A stretch of 64,000 bases of DNA from Candidatus Eiseniibacteriota bacterium (GTDB lineage: Bacteria; Eisenbacteria; RBG-16-71-46; JABDJR01). Below the pieces are notes generated by a model. That model had not been told where the DNA came from. It did not search any database and worked only from the letters and a program-made list of their open reading frames with translations. Each line of letters opens with the position of its first letter. Within the stretch, counting starts at the first letter, position 1. The DNA lies in the NCBI GenBank assembly GCA_963783375.1, contig CAWANH010000029.1, positions 416,001 through 480,000 of the forward strand, read 5' to 3'. The translations under genes and the position numbers were made by a program. This document shows positions 8,648 to 18,483 of this stretch, piece by piece.

Positions 8648-10546
8648 ATGAGTGAAGATATGAACCTCGCCACCGGTGAGACCGAAGAAACCGAAACCAC
8701 CCCGGTGGCCGCCGCCGAAGAGAAGCCCAAGCCCGTCAACATCCTGAACCGGGATGAGGACGAGGACGGAGCCCCCGACGCCGAGACCCTCCAGATGCTG
8801 GAGATGGTCGAGGAGTCGATGCGGAGCCTGGAAGAGGGCGAGATCGTCCTCGGCACCGTGCTGCGCGTCGACGAGAAGGAGGTCCTGGTCGACATCGGAG
8901 GAAAGTCCGAGGGAGTGATCTCCATCGACGAGTTCTCCGACTCCGACTCCATCAAGGTCGGGGATCGCATCGACGTCTTCCTGGAGAAGATGGAGAACCA
9001 GGACGGTCTGGTCGAGCTCTCCAAGACCCGCGCCGACTTCGTCAAGGTGTGGGACAAGGTGAAGGAGGCCTACGACAACGACCAGGTGGTCGAGGGGCGC
9101 CTCCTCCGCAAGATCAAGGGGGGCGTGGTCGTCGATCTCTTCGGGGTCGAGGCGTTCCTGCCCGGGAGCCAGATCGCGCTTCGCCAGGTGCAGAACGTGG
9201 AAGAGCTCCTGAGCCAGGTGCTGCGGTTCAAGATCATCAAGCTCAACAAGCGGCGCCGGAACATCGTGGTGTCGCGGCGGGTGGTCCTGGAGCAGGAGCG
9301 GCAGGCCCTGAAGGAGAAGATCCTGGGCGAGCTGGCCAAGGACCAGGTGCGCGAGGGGGTGGTCAAGAACATCACCGACTTCGGCGCGTTCGTGGACCTG
9401 GGCGGAATCGACGGCCTCCTTCACATCACCGACATGTCGTGGGGGCGGGTGAACCACCCGTCCGAGGTCGTGTCCATCGGCGACAAGGTCATGGTCAAGG
9501 TCCTGAACTTCGATCTCGAGCGTGAGCGCATCAGCCTCGGCCTGAAGCAGCTCACCCCCTATCCGTGGGAGAACGTGGACGAGAAGTACCCCGCCAGCAC
9601 CAAGGTGCGGGGGAAGGTGGTCTCCATCACCGACTACGGCGCTTTCGTGGAGCTGGAGAAGGGGGTGGAGGGTCTGATCCACATCGGCGAGATGTCCTGG
9701 ACCCGCCACGTGCGTCATCCCTCCAAGGTGGTCGCCATCGGAGAGATGGTGGAGTGCATGGTGCTCAAGGTGGACAAGGACAACGAGAAGATCTCCCTCT
9801 CCCTGAAGCAGACCGAGACCGATCCCTGGGAGACCCTGGACCTCAAGTACCCGGTCGGCTCGCGCTTCACCGGAAAGGTCCGGAACCTCACCAACTTCGG
9901 TGCCTTCGTGGAGCTGGAAGAGGGGATCGACGGCCTGGTGCACATCTCGGACATGTCGTGGACCCGCCGGATCAACCATCCCTCCGAGGTGGTGAAGAAG
10001 GGGGACGACGTCGAGGTCGAGGTGCTGAATATCGACAAGGGGGGCCGCCGGATCTCCCTGGGCCTCAAGCAGACCCAGCAGAATCCCTGGCCCACGCTGG
10101 AGCGCAAGTACGCTTCCGGAACCCTGGTGGACGGACGGGTGGTGCGGTTGATCGACCGCGGGGTGGTGGTGGACCTGGGCGACGACGTCGAGGGCTTCGT
10201 GCCGCTCTCCCAGCTGGGAATCGGCGACAAGAAGCCGGCCGAGGCGTTCAACGAGGAAGAAGTGCTCCAGCTCCGGGTGACCAAGGCGGACGGCCAGAAC
10301 CAGCGCATCGTGCTGGCGGTGCGGGACGTGGCCGACGCCGTGGACGTGGACGACGGTCTCCCCGAGTCCTCCTATCAGGGCAAGTACGCGGGCTCCGGGA
10401 CCGCCTCGCTGGGCGAGCGCCTGGCCGAGGAGCTCGAGGCCAGCCGGAAGGCCGCCCTGGAGAACGAGGAGGCCGCGGCGGAGACGCCCGCGGCCGATGA
10501 AGAGGAGGAGGCCGCTCCCGAAGACGACGGAGACGCCACGGAGTGA
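8648..10546 (+). CDS. rpsA: 30S ribosomal protein S1
   Basis: Repeated S1 domains (KNITDFGAFVDLGGIDGLLHITDMSW etc.); GGAGG SD; follows cmk. Confidence 0.97.
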   Translation: MSEDMNLATGETEETETTPVAAAEEKPKPVNILNRDEDEDGAPDAETLQMLEMVEESMRSLEEGEIVLGTVLRVDEKEVLVDIGGKSEGVISIDEFSDSDSIKVGDRIDVFLEKMENQDGLVELSKTRADFVKVWDKVKEAYDNDQVVEGRLLRKIKGGVVVDLFGVEAFLPGSQIALRQVQNVEELLSQVLRFKIIKLNKRRRNIVVSRRVVLEQERQALKEKILGELAKDQVREGVVKNITDFGAFVDLGGIDGLLHITDMSWGRVNHPSEVVSIGDKVMVKVLNFDLERERISLGLKQLTPYPWENVDEKYPASTKVRGKVVSITDYGAFVELEKGVEGLIHIGEMSWTRHVRHPSKVVAIGEMVECMVLKVDKDNEKISLSLKQTETDPWETLDLKYPVGSRFTGKVRNLTNFGAFVELEEGIDGLVHISDMSWTRRINHPSEVVKKGDDVEVEVLNIDKGGRRISLGLKQTQQNPWPTLERKYASGTLVDGRVVRLIDRGVVVDLGDDVEGFVPLSQLGIGDKKPAEAFNEEEVLQLRVTKADGQNQRIVLAVRDVADAVDVDDGLPESSYQGKYAGSGTASLGERLAEELEASRKAALENEEAAAETPAADEEEEAAPEDDGDATE

Positions 10547-11901
10547 TTCGATCCGATCGCGAAACGATCACGGAGGCGGCCCGCCCGACGCGGGTCGCCT
10601 TCCGTACTTTCGGGTGCAAGCTCAACCTCTACGAGTCCACCGGGATGAGCCAGGCCGCCGGGCGGGAAGGCTTCACGGTGGTGGACGCGGACAGCGGGGC
10701 CGACGTGGTGGTGGTGAACACCTGCTCGGTGACCATGCGCGCCGACCAGGAGGCCCGCCAGTACATCCGGGCCCTTCACCGCCGTAGCCCCGAGGCCAGG
10801 GTGGTGGTGACCGGGTGCTACGCCCAGCGGGCGCCGGAGGAGCTGGCCGCGCTTCCGGGGGTGGCGCTGGTGGCCGGCCACGCCGAGAAGGACGTCCTGG
10901 GCTCGCTCCTGACCGAGCTTCCCGAGGTCGGTTCCGCGCCCCGGGTGGCGGTGGGGACCCTGGACGGAAAGGGCATGACCCGGCTCCGCGCGGTGGGGGT
11001 GGAAGGCCGCACCCGGGCGCTGCTCCGGGTCCAGGACGGCTGCAACTCGGCCTGCACGTATTGCATCATTCCCAAGACCCGAGGCGCCTCGGCGAGCCTC
11101 GCCCTGGAAGAGGCGCTCGACGAGGGCCGGCGGCTCCTGGACGCCGGCTACCGGGAGCTGGTGATGACCGGCACCCATCTCGGCCACTACGGCGTCGACC
11201 TCTCCCCGCGTCGGAATCTTTCCGATCTGGTGGAGGGCCTTCTCGGCCTCGATGCTCCCCACGCCTGGCGGCTCCGGCTCTCCTCCGTCGAGCCCCAGGA
11301 GATCGACGACCGACTGGTGGAGATGCTGGCGGGATCCACGACCCTGGCCCCGCACCTTCATCTTCCGCTCCAGTCGGGGAGCGACGACCTGCTTCGGGCC
11401 ATGCGCCGCTCGTACCGAACGCCGGCCTACCGCCGCCAGGTGCGGAAGGTGGCGGCGCGGGTCAGGCCCCTCGCCCTCGGCGCCGACCTCATCGTGGGGT
11501 TCGCCGGGGAGACCGAAGGGGACTGGCGGCGGACGCTGGGCATCCTGGCCGAGCTTCCCTTCACCTACCTGCATCCGTTCACCTACTCGCCGCGCCCGGG
11601 AACCCCGGCGGCAAGATGGAACACCCGGCCTCCCGGGGACGTGGCCGGACGCCGGCTTCACGCGGCCAAGGCGTTGATGGCCGAGAAGAACCTCGCCTTC
11701 CGTAAGAGCCTGGTGGGGACGAACTCCGTGGCGCTGGTGGAGGAGACCGACGCCGACGGCATGTGCCGGGGGTTCACCGAACACTACGTGCGCGTCCGCT
11801 TCCCGGCGATGAAGCGCCTGATCGGCCGCTTTGCCCTTGTCAGCCTGACCGGATTGGTCGAGGATGGTTTATCCGCGAGGATGCTGGAGGCGATTCCCTG
11901 A
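10543..11901 (+). CDS. mtaB: tRNA t6A37 methylthiotransferase MtaB
   Basis: TFGCKLNLYES, NTCSVT, VTGCYAQ, radical SAM CNSACTYC, RLRLSSVEP. Confidence 0.88.
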   Translation: MIRSDRETITEAARPTRVAFRTFGCKLNLYESTGMSQAAGREGFTVVDADSGADVVVVNTCSVTMRADQEARQYIRALHRRSPEARVVVTGCYAQRAPEELAALPGVALVAGHAEKDVLGSLLTELPEVGSAPRVAVGTLDGKGMTRLRAVGVEGRTRALLRVQDGCNSACTYCIIPKTRGASASLALEEALDEGRRLLDAGYRELVMTGTHLGHYGVDLSPRRNLSDLVEGLLGLDAPHAWRLRLSSVEPQEIDDRLVEMLAGSTTLAPHLHLPLQSGSDDLLRAMRRSYRTPAYRRQVRKVAARVRPLALGADLIVGFAGETEGDWRRTLGILAELPFTYLHPFTYSPRPGTPAARWNTRPPGDVAGRRLHAAKALMAEKNLAFRKSLVGTNSVALVEETDADGMCRGFTEHYVRVRFPAMKRLIGRFALVSLTGLVEDGLSARMLEAIP

Positions 11902-11933
11902 CCGATGAACCCGGGCGGGGCTAGAGGAACCGA

Positions 11934-13262
11934 ATGAAGGCATACCTGGAAACCTACGGTTGCCAGATGAACCTGAACGAGTCCGACGTGCTGGGGAAGC
12001 GCTTCGTGGAGGAGGGCTACACCCTGGTGGAGAAGCCCGAGGACGCGGAGGTGGTCCTGGTCAACACCTGCAGCATCCGCGAGCACGCCGAGGCCAAGGT
12101 CATGAGCCGCCTGGGAGTCCTGAAACGCCTCAAGGAATCGGGTAGTTGCGAGGTCCTGGCGGTGACCGGGTGCATGGCCCAGAGGCTGGGGGGAGAGTTC
12201 CTGGCCCGGGTTCCCTTCGTGGATCTCGTGGTGGGATCGGGAGCCTACCCCCGGTTCTTCGAGACCCTCGACGCCCGCCGCCGCACCGGCCGCCCCCAGG
12301 TGGACGTGGGTTTCGCCCGCGACTTTCAGGTGGAGGACCGGCCCCTGATCGAGCCCGGCTCCATCAAGACCTTCCTGACCATCATCCGGGGTTGCGACAA
12401 CGCCTGCCACTACTGCATCGTTCCCTTCACCCGGGGGCGTGAGCGCTCCAAGCCGATCGGGCAGATCATCCGGGAGGCGGAGTGGTGCGTGAGCCGGGGG
12501 GTGAAGGAGATCACCCTGCTCGGGCAGAACGTGAACCACTACCGGGACGGGGAGTTCGGGCTTGCCGACGCGCTCCGGGTGGCGGCGGGGGTGGACGGGA
12601 TGGAGCGGGTGCGCTTCACCACCTCGCACCCCGGGTACATGACCGACGACGTCCTGGTGGCCATGGCCGAGGAGGAGAAGGTGATGCCTCACCTTCATCT
12701 CCCCATGCAGTCCGGGAGCGATTCCGTGCTCCGGGCCATGAACCGGGAGTATACCCTGGCCCGCTATCGCGAGCTGATCGGGCGGGCCCGGGAACTCATG
12801 CCCGACATCGCCCTGTCCACCGATGTGATCGTGGGCTTCCCGGGAGAGACCGACGAGGATTTCGAGGCCACCCGGTGCGCCATGGAGGAGATCGGCTTCG
12901 ACTCCGCTTACATGTTCAAGTACTCTCCCCGCCGGGGGACGGTGGCTGCGGGGCTCGTGGACGATGTGCCGGCGGAAGTGAAGCAGCGGCGGCTGGCCGC
13001 GGTGATCGAACTTCAACGCCGCGTCACCGCCGAGCGGTCGGCCCGGTTCCTGGGCCGCGAGGTCGAGGTTCTGGTGGACGGCCGAAGCCACCGCGACCCG
13101 GAGGCGGTGGTGGGGAAGACCCGGGAGTTCAAGAATGCGGTGCTCCGGGGATCGCCGTCGTGGGTCGGCACGCTCCGGAGGATGCGGGTCGTGGAGACGC
13201 GGGGAGTGACCCTGACCGGGGTGCCGATCGCGGAGGCGGACGCCGCCACCCACGCCGCCTAG
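11934..13262 (+). CDS. miaB: tRNA i6A37 methylthiotransferase MiaB
   Basis: TYGCQMN, NTCSIREHAE, CDNACHYCIVP, LLGQNVN, RFTTSHP, TRAM domain. Confidence 0.93.
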   Translation: MKAYLETYGCQMNLNESDVLGKRFVEEGYTLVEKPEDAEVVLVNTCSIREHAEAKVMSRLGVLKRLKESGSCEVLAVTGCMAQRLGGEFLARVPFVDLVVGSGAYPRFFETLDARRRTGRPQVDVGFARDFQVEDRPLIEPGSIKTFLTIIRGCDNACHYCIVPFTRGRERSKPIGQIIREAEWCVSRGVKEITLLGQNVNHYRDGEFGLADALRVAAGVDGMERVRFTTSHPGYMTDDVLVAMAEEEKVMPHLHLPMQSGSDSVLRAMNREYTLARYRELIGRARELMPDIALSTDVIVGFPGETDEDFEATRCAMEEIGFDSAYMFKYSPRRGTVAAGLVDDVPAEVKQRRLAAVIELQRRVTAERSARFLGREVEVLVDGRSHRDPEAVVGKTREFKNAVLRGSPSWVGTLRRMRVVETRGVTLTGVPIAEADAATHAA

Positions 13263-13272
13263 GAGGGACTGT

Positions 13273-13626
13273 ATGTGGTTCGTGAAGGCCTTCCTGGCCA
13301 TCCTGGTTCTGGCCGGCCTGCTGTACGTCTCGCTCCTCAACGCCGGCCAGCACGTCAACATCTACCTCACCGATCCCAACATCCCCACCATACCCAACGT
13401 GGAGCTCCCGGTGGTGCTCCTGGGGAGCTTCATTCTCGGGGTGCTGGTCTGGTTCATCGTCTCCTTCTTCCAGGTGGTCTCCGCCAAGTCCGAGGTCTCG
13501 GCGTTGAAGCGGAAGAGCCGCCAGCTGGCGCGGGAGCTGACCGACCTGCGGAACATGCCGGTGAAGGACCTCGATCCGGAGAGCCTTCCCGCCGGGATGG
13601 GTGACGGGGATATTCGGGAAACCTAG
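13273..13626 (+). CDS. lapA: LapA family LPS assembly protein
   Basis: Two hydrophobic helices with ...N motif, coiled C-terminus, upstream of lapB; AGGAGG SD. Confidence 0.7.
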   Translation: MWFVKAFLAILVLAGLLYVSLLNAGQHVNIYLTDPNIPTIPNVELPVVLLGSFILGVLVWFIVSFFQVVSAKSEVSALKRKSRQLARELTDLRNMPVKDLDPESLPAGMGDGDIRET

Positions 13627-13662
13627 CCGCCGGCCCGGCCGCCGGCGACGAAGCGGGAAGCC

Positions 13663-14817
13663 ATGACGCCATCGCAATTCCTGATCCTGGCCGCAGCGGT
13701 CGTGGGACTCATAGTCATCCTGTGGTTGATCTTCGCCTGGGTTCGGGTGCAGCGCCGCCGGGTGGCGCCGCCCCAGGCTCCCTACACCATGGCGCTCTCC
13801 GCGTTGATCGGAGGCGATCCGCGGGAGGCTCTGCGCCGGCTCAAGGAAGCGGTCCAGCTCGACTCGGAAAACCTCGACGCCTACATCCGCCTGGGCGATC
13901 TTCTCCGGGACAGCGGCGAGGTGCAGAAAGCCCTGTCCGTCCACCGCGATCTCACCGTGCGGCCCCGCATCGAGGACGCGGATCGGGCGCGGATCCTGGA
14001 GAGCCTCACCCGGGACTACCTCGCCGCCGGACGGTACGAGGAGGCGGGGCAAAGCGCGGAGCGGCTCCGTCACCTCGACCGGGGGAACCGGTTCGCGCAC
14101 CGAGCGCTCCAGCAGGTGGCCGAGGCCCTCAAGGACTGGCCGCGGGCCGTCCAGGTGGCCGACGAACGGGCCAAGGTGGAGGGTCGCGACAAGGCGAGCC
14201 TGGCCCGCTACCGCGGGTTCGTGGGGTCCCAGGAACTGGCGGCAGGCAACCGCAAGGAAGCGCTCCAGCACTTCGAGGAAGCCCTGAAACTCGACCCCGA
14301 ATGTCTCCTGGCCTACCTCTACCTCGGAGACATGGAGCACGCGGAGGGGCGCACCGAGAAAGCCGTGGAGCACTGGCGCACCCTGGCCCTCAAGAACCCG
14401 GAACGCGCCGGGTTGGTGTTCGACCGCCTGGAGCGGGCGTTCTTCGAGATGGGGCATTTCGGGGACGTGGTGTCCTTCTACCAGGAACTCCTCCATCGCG
14501 CCCCACGCGAGGCCTCGGTCCCGCCGCTCCTGGCTCTGGCGGAGATCCATCGCCGGAAGGGCGACATGGCCGAGGCCGAGACCTTTATTCACGAGGCCCT
14601 GGAAGTGGACCCCGATCATCCCCGCGCCCATCGCCATCTGGTGAAGCTGGCCCTGGATCGCCGGGACCCCCAGACCGCTCTCGCCCGCCTGGATCGCCTT
14701 CTGGCCTCGCTCCAGGACGCGGAAGGGCCTGGGGATTGCCGTCACTGTGGACGCCCCCTGGCCGCGCCGGCCTGGCGGTGCCCCCATTGCCAGGCCTCCG
14801 ATCCCCTGGGGCTCTGA
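13663..14817 (+). CDS. lapB: LapB-like TPR protein with C-terminal rubredoxin-type metal site
   Basis: N-terminal TM, LGDLLRDSGEVQKALSVHRDL, TPRs, CRHC...WRCPHC. Confidence 0.8.
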   Translation: MTPSQFLILAAAVVGLIVILWLIFAWVRVQRRRVAPPQAPYTMALSALIGGDPREALRRLKEAVQLDSENLDAYIRLGDLLRDSGEVQKALSVHRDLTVRPRIEDADRARILESLTRDYLAAGRYEEAGQSAERLRHLDRGNRFAHRALQQVAEALKDWPRAVQVADERAKVEGRDKASLARYRGFVGSQELAAGNRKEALQHFEEALKLDPECLLAYLYLGDMEHAEGRTEKAVEHWRTLALKNPERAGLVFDRLERAFFEMGHFGDVVSFYQELLHRAPREASVPPLLALAEIHRRKGDMAEAETFIHEALEVDPDHPRAHRHLVKLALDRRDPQTALARLDRLLASLQDAEGPGDCRHCGRPLAAPAWRCPHCQASDPLGL

Positions 14818-14818
14818 G

Positions 14819-15886
14819 GTGAGCGCGCGCATCCCGCCTTTGTTCCTGGCCCTGGCCCTGCTCCTGAGCGCGGCGCCGGCCCGCGCCACCGGTGCGGCGG
14901 TGGAGCGGGCGCGGGCCCTGGCCGCCGGGGGCGACCGCGCCGGGGCCCGGGCGGTGCTCGACTCCGTCCTCGCCCTCCCTCGTCTCGATCCCGCCGAGCG
15001 CGCCGGCGCCTCGCTGGAGCGGACACGCCTGGAAATGGAGGGCGGTGAATACGAGAGCGATCTCCGGGGACTCATCGAGGGTGAGAAGGATCCGGCCCGC
15101 GAGGGGGCCCTCCGCCTCGCCCTGGGGAAGGTGCTCTTCGCCAAGGGAGACCTCCAGGGCGCGCTCCGGGAGTTCGGGGACAGCCGCAAGAAGGGCCGCG
15201 AGGAGGAAGGGAGTCTCTGGGAGGGACTCACCGCCCTGGCCCTGGGGGACGGACCCACCGCGCTGGAGTCTCTCGAGCGGGCGGCGGAATCGGGCAACCG
15301 CGCAATCCGGGACCGGGCCCGGATCGCTCTCGGCGACGCCTACCGTCTGGCCGGGGACTGGGCCGACGCCGCCACCCAGTACGAAGGGGTCTCCGAGGGA
15401 ATCTCGGGGAGCCCGGGCTGGTGGTCCACCGCGCAGTACGAGCGCGCCCGTTGCCTGGAAGAGCTGGAAGACCCCGTTCGGGCGCGGGCGCTCTATGTCG
15501 CGATCCTCACCCGGGCCCCGGGCGCCTACGAGGCCCCTCTGGCCCGGGCCCGGCTCCGGGCCCTCGGTGCGACCGCCGAGGCGACGCCCGAAGCCGTTCC
15601 CCGGGGCGCCGGAACCACCCCCGTCCCCGAAGGTGGAAGCGCGGCCCCCGCGGAATCCCTCACCGTCCAGGTGGGGGCGTTCAGCCAGAGCAAGAACGCG
15701 GCTCGGTTGGCCGGCACGGTGAGGGACGGGGGGTTCGGCCCGGTGCGGGTGGTGAAGGGAGGCGACGGCCTCTTCCGGGTCATGGTGGGCGGCTTCGCCA
15801 GCCGCGACCGCGCCGAGGCGGCGGGGGATTCCCTGGGAGCCGCTCTGGGGCTCGGGTTCAGCGTGGTGCCCGCCGGAGGGAACTGA
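14819..15886 (+). CDS. Exported TPR protein with C-terminal SPOR peptidoglycan-binding domain
   Basis: Signal peptide, helical repeats, VQVGAFSQSKNA...FRVMVGGFASRDRA. Confidence 0.8.
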   Translation: MSARIPPLFLALALLLSAAPARATGAAVERARALAAGGDRAGARAVLDSVLALPRLDPAERAGASLERTRLEMEGGEYESDLRGLIEGEKDPAREGALRLALGKVLFAKGDLQGALREFGDSRKKGREEEGSLWEGLTALALGDGPTALESLERAAESGNRAIRDRARIALGDAYRLAGDWADAATQYEGVSEGISGSPGWWSTAQYERARCLEELEDPVRARALYVAILTRAPGAYEAPLARARLRALGATAEATPEAVPRGAGTTPVPEGGSAAPAESLTVQVGAFSQSKNAARLAGTVRDGGFGPVRVVKGGDGLFRVMVGGFASRDRAEAAGDSLGAALGLGFSVVPAGGN

Positions 15887-15888
15887 GG

Positions 15889-18483
15889 GTGCCGCGCGCC
15901 AAGTCTCCCTCCGAGACCCCGGTGATGCGGCAATACCTCTCCTTCAAGGAGAAGCACCCCGATGCCGTTCTCTTCTTCCGCATGGGCGACTTCTACGAGA
16001 TGTTCTTCGCCGACGCCGAGCTGGCCGCGAAGGAGCTGGGCCTCACCCTTACCAGCCGCGACAAGCAGAAGGAGAACGGCGTTCCCATGGCCGGGGTGCC
16101 CTACCACGCCGCGGAGGGCTACATCGCCAAGCTGGTGCGGAAGGGGTACCGGGTGGCGGTGTGCGAGCAGGTCGGTGATCCCTCCCGGACCAAGGGGCTG
16201 GTTGAGCGAAGCATCACCGAGATCGTGACCCCGGGAACCGCGCTCAGCGATTCCCTGGTGTCGGAAAGCGCGAACAACTACGTGGCCACCCTTCTTCCCA
16301 GCCGGGACCTGGTGGGCCTTGCCGCCGCCGACATCACCACCGGGGAGTTTCTCCTGGAGGACATCCCTCTCGAGCGCTTCGAGCAGGACGTGGCGCGGCT
16401 CGGGATCTCGGAGTGGGTGGTGGCCGAGGGGGATCGGAAGGATCCCCTCCCTCCGGGAGACCTCCGCCCGGTGCGCCGGCCGGGGTGGTGGTTCGATGAA
16501 GCGCGGGGACGGCGGGAGCTCACCGCGCACTTCGGCGTCCAGAGCCTGGCCGGCTTCGACTGCGACGACCTGGGGCCCGCCCTGGGAGCGGGGGGGGCCC
16601 TCCTCGATTACCTGCGCGAGGTTCGCGGAGGAGAGCTCAGGCACCTGGTGCGTCTCCGCCGCCTCGGCATCCGGGACTACATGGTGCTGGACGCGGTGAC
16701 CCGCCGGAACCTGGAGCTGACCGCCCCCCTGATGGGAGAGTCCCGCACCCTGACCCTCCTCCACACCCTGGACCGGACGGTGACCGGGTTGGGGGCGCGG
16801 CGCCTTCGCGCATGGCTCGAACGGCCACTCGTAACCCTTGAACAGATAGAGCGTAGGCTTGATGCGGTCCAGGAACTCGTCGAGCGGCCGGAGGAGGCCG
16901 AAGCCCTCGAGGCGACCCTCCGCCGTTTCCGGGACCTGGAGCGGCTCCTGGGAAAAGCGGCTTGCGGGAAGGCCGGCCCCCGGGACGTTCGGGCGTTGGG
17001 GGAGGGGGCGATGGCGACCCCGGAACTCTCCGGGCGACTGGCGCGCTTCCAGGCCCCGATGCTCGCCGGGTGGATGGGCCGGCTTCCCGATCTCACCGGG
17101 CTGGGAACGCGGGTGACCGGGGCCCTGGTCGACGAGCCGCCCTTGAGCGCGGGGGATGGCGGGGTCTTTCGCCCGGGTTTCCACGTCGGCCTGGATGAAC
17201 TCCGCGAGCGGGCCCGGGGGGGGAAGGCATGGATCGCGCGCCTCCAGGAGCAGGAGCGGAAGACCACCGGGATCGCCAGCCTCAAGGTCGGATTCAACAA
17301 GGTTTTCGGCTACTACCTGGAGGTGACCGCCTCCCATCAGGCCAAGGTGCCCGACCGGTACATCCGGAAGCAAACCCTGGTGAACGCGGAGCGCTACGTC
17401 ACCCCGGAACTCAAGGAGGAGGAGGAGAAGATCCTGGGTGCCGAGGAGCGCCTGCGGTCCCTGGAGCTGGAGCTTTTCGCCGCCCTCCGGGACGAGGTGG
17501 TGGCGGATGCGGCCCGGATCCAGACCGTGGCGGAGGCGGTGGGGGAGGCCGACGCCCTCCTCGCCCTGGCCCGGGTGGCCCGGGAGGGGCGCTACGTTCG
17601 CCCCGAGATCGTCGAGGAGCCGGTTCTCAAGTTCAAGGAGGGCCGGCACCCGGTGGTGGAGCGGATCCTGCCCGCGGGGGAGTTCGTGCCCAACGATCTC
17701 GGCCTCGACGCGGCGAGCCGCCAGATCGCGGTCATCACCGGGCCCAACATGGCGGGCAAGTCCACCTACCTCCGCCAGGCCGGGCTCCTGGCCATCCTGG
17801 CCCAGATGGGTTCCTTCGTGCCCGCCGCCTCGGCGCGGGTGGGAATCGTGGACCGGGTGTTCACCCGGGTGGGGGCGTCGGACAACATCGCCCGGGGCCA
17901 GTCCACTTTCATGGTGGAGATGGAGGAGACCGCCACCATCCTGAACGCGGCTACCGGAGGGAGCCTGGTTCTCCTGGACGAGGTGGGGAGAGGGACCAGC
18001 ACCTACGACGGGCTGAGCCTGGCCTGGGCGGTGACCGAACATCTTCACGAGCGGCCCCTCGGACGGCCTCGTACCCTGTTCGCGACCCACTACCACGAGC
18101 TCACCGCCCTGGCCGGAACGCTCCCCCGCGTGGTCAACTTGAACGTGCAGGTCAAGGAGTGGAACGGGAAGGTGATCTTCATGCGGAAGATCGTGGACGG
18201 GGCGGCGGACAAGAGCTACGGCATCCACGTGGCCGAGTTGGCCGGCCTCCCCCCCGAGGTGGTGGCGCGGGCCCGCGCGGTCCTGGCCCGGCTCGAGGAA
18301 GGCCGGTTTGCCCGCCGCGGCCTGGAGGAGGCTCCCCCTCCGCCCCAACTCACCCTGTTCGAGCCGGTGGGGAACGAGCTGGTGGAGGAGCTTCGCGATC
18401 TGGAACCCGAACACATGACCCCCATCCAGGCGTTGGAGCTTCTGGCCGCCTGGAAGAAGCGATACCAAGGAAGGTCCTCATGA
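15889..18483 (+). CDS. mutS: DNA mismatch repair protein MutS
   Basis: TPVMRQY, FFRMGDFYEMF, TGPNMAGKST, DEVGRGTSTYDG, FATHYHEL, SYGIHVA. Confidence 0.97.
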   Translation: MPRAKSPSETPVMRQYLSFKEKHPDAVLFFRMGDFYEMFFADAELAAKELGLTLTSRDKQKENGVPMAGVPYHAAEGYIAKLVRKGYRVAVCEQVGDPSRTKGLVERSITEIVTPGTALSDSLVSESANNYVATLLPSRDLVGLAAADITTGEFLLEDIPLERFEQDVARLGISEWVVAEGDRKDPLPPGDLRPVRRPGWWFDEARGRRELTAHFGVQSLAGFDCDDLGPALGAGGALLDYLREVRGGELRHLVRLRRLGIRDYMVLDAVTRRNLELTAPLMGESRTLTLLHTLDRTVTGLGARRLRAWLERPLVTLEQIERRLDAVQELVERPEEAEALEATLRRFRDLERLLGKAACGKAGPRDVRALGEGAMATPELSGRLARFQAPMLAGWMGRLPDLTGLGTRVTGALVDEPPLSAGDGGVFRPGFHVGLDELRERARGGKAWIARLQEQERKTTGIASLKVGFNKVFGYYLEVTASHQAKVPDRYIRKQTLVNAERYVTPELKEEEEKILGAEERLRSLELELFAALRDEVVADAARIQTVAEAVGEADALLALARVAREGRYVRPEIVEEPVLKFKEGRHPVVERILPAGEFVPNDLGLDAASRQIAVITGPNMAGKSTYLRQAGLLAILAQMGSFVPAASARVGIVDRVFTRVGASDNIARGQSTFMVEMEETATILNAATGGSLVLLDEVGRGTSTYDGLSLAWAVTEHLHERPLGRPRTLFATHYHELTALAGTLPRVVNLNVQVKEWNGKVIFMRKIVDGAADKSYGIHVAELAGLPPEVVARARAVLARLEEGRFARRGLEEAPPPPQLTLFEPVGNELVEELRDLEPEHMTPIQALELLAAWKKRYQGRSS

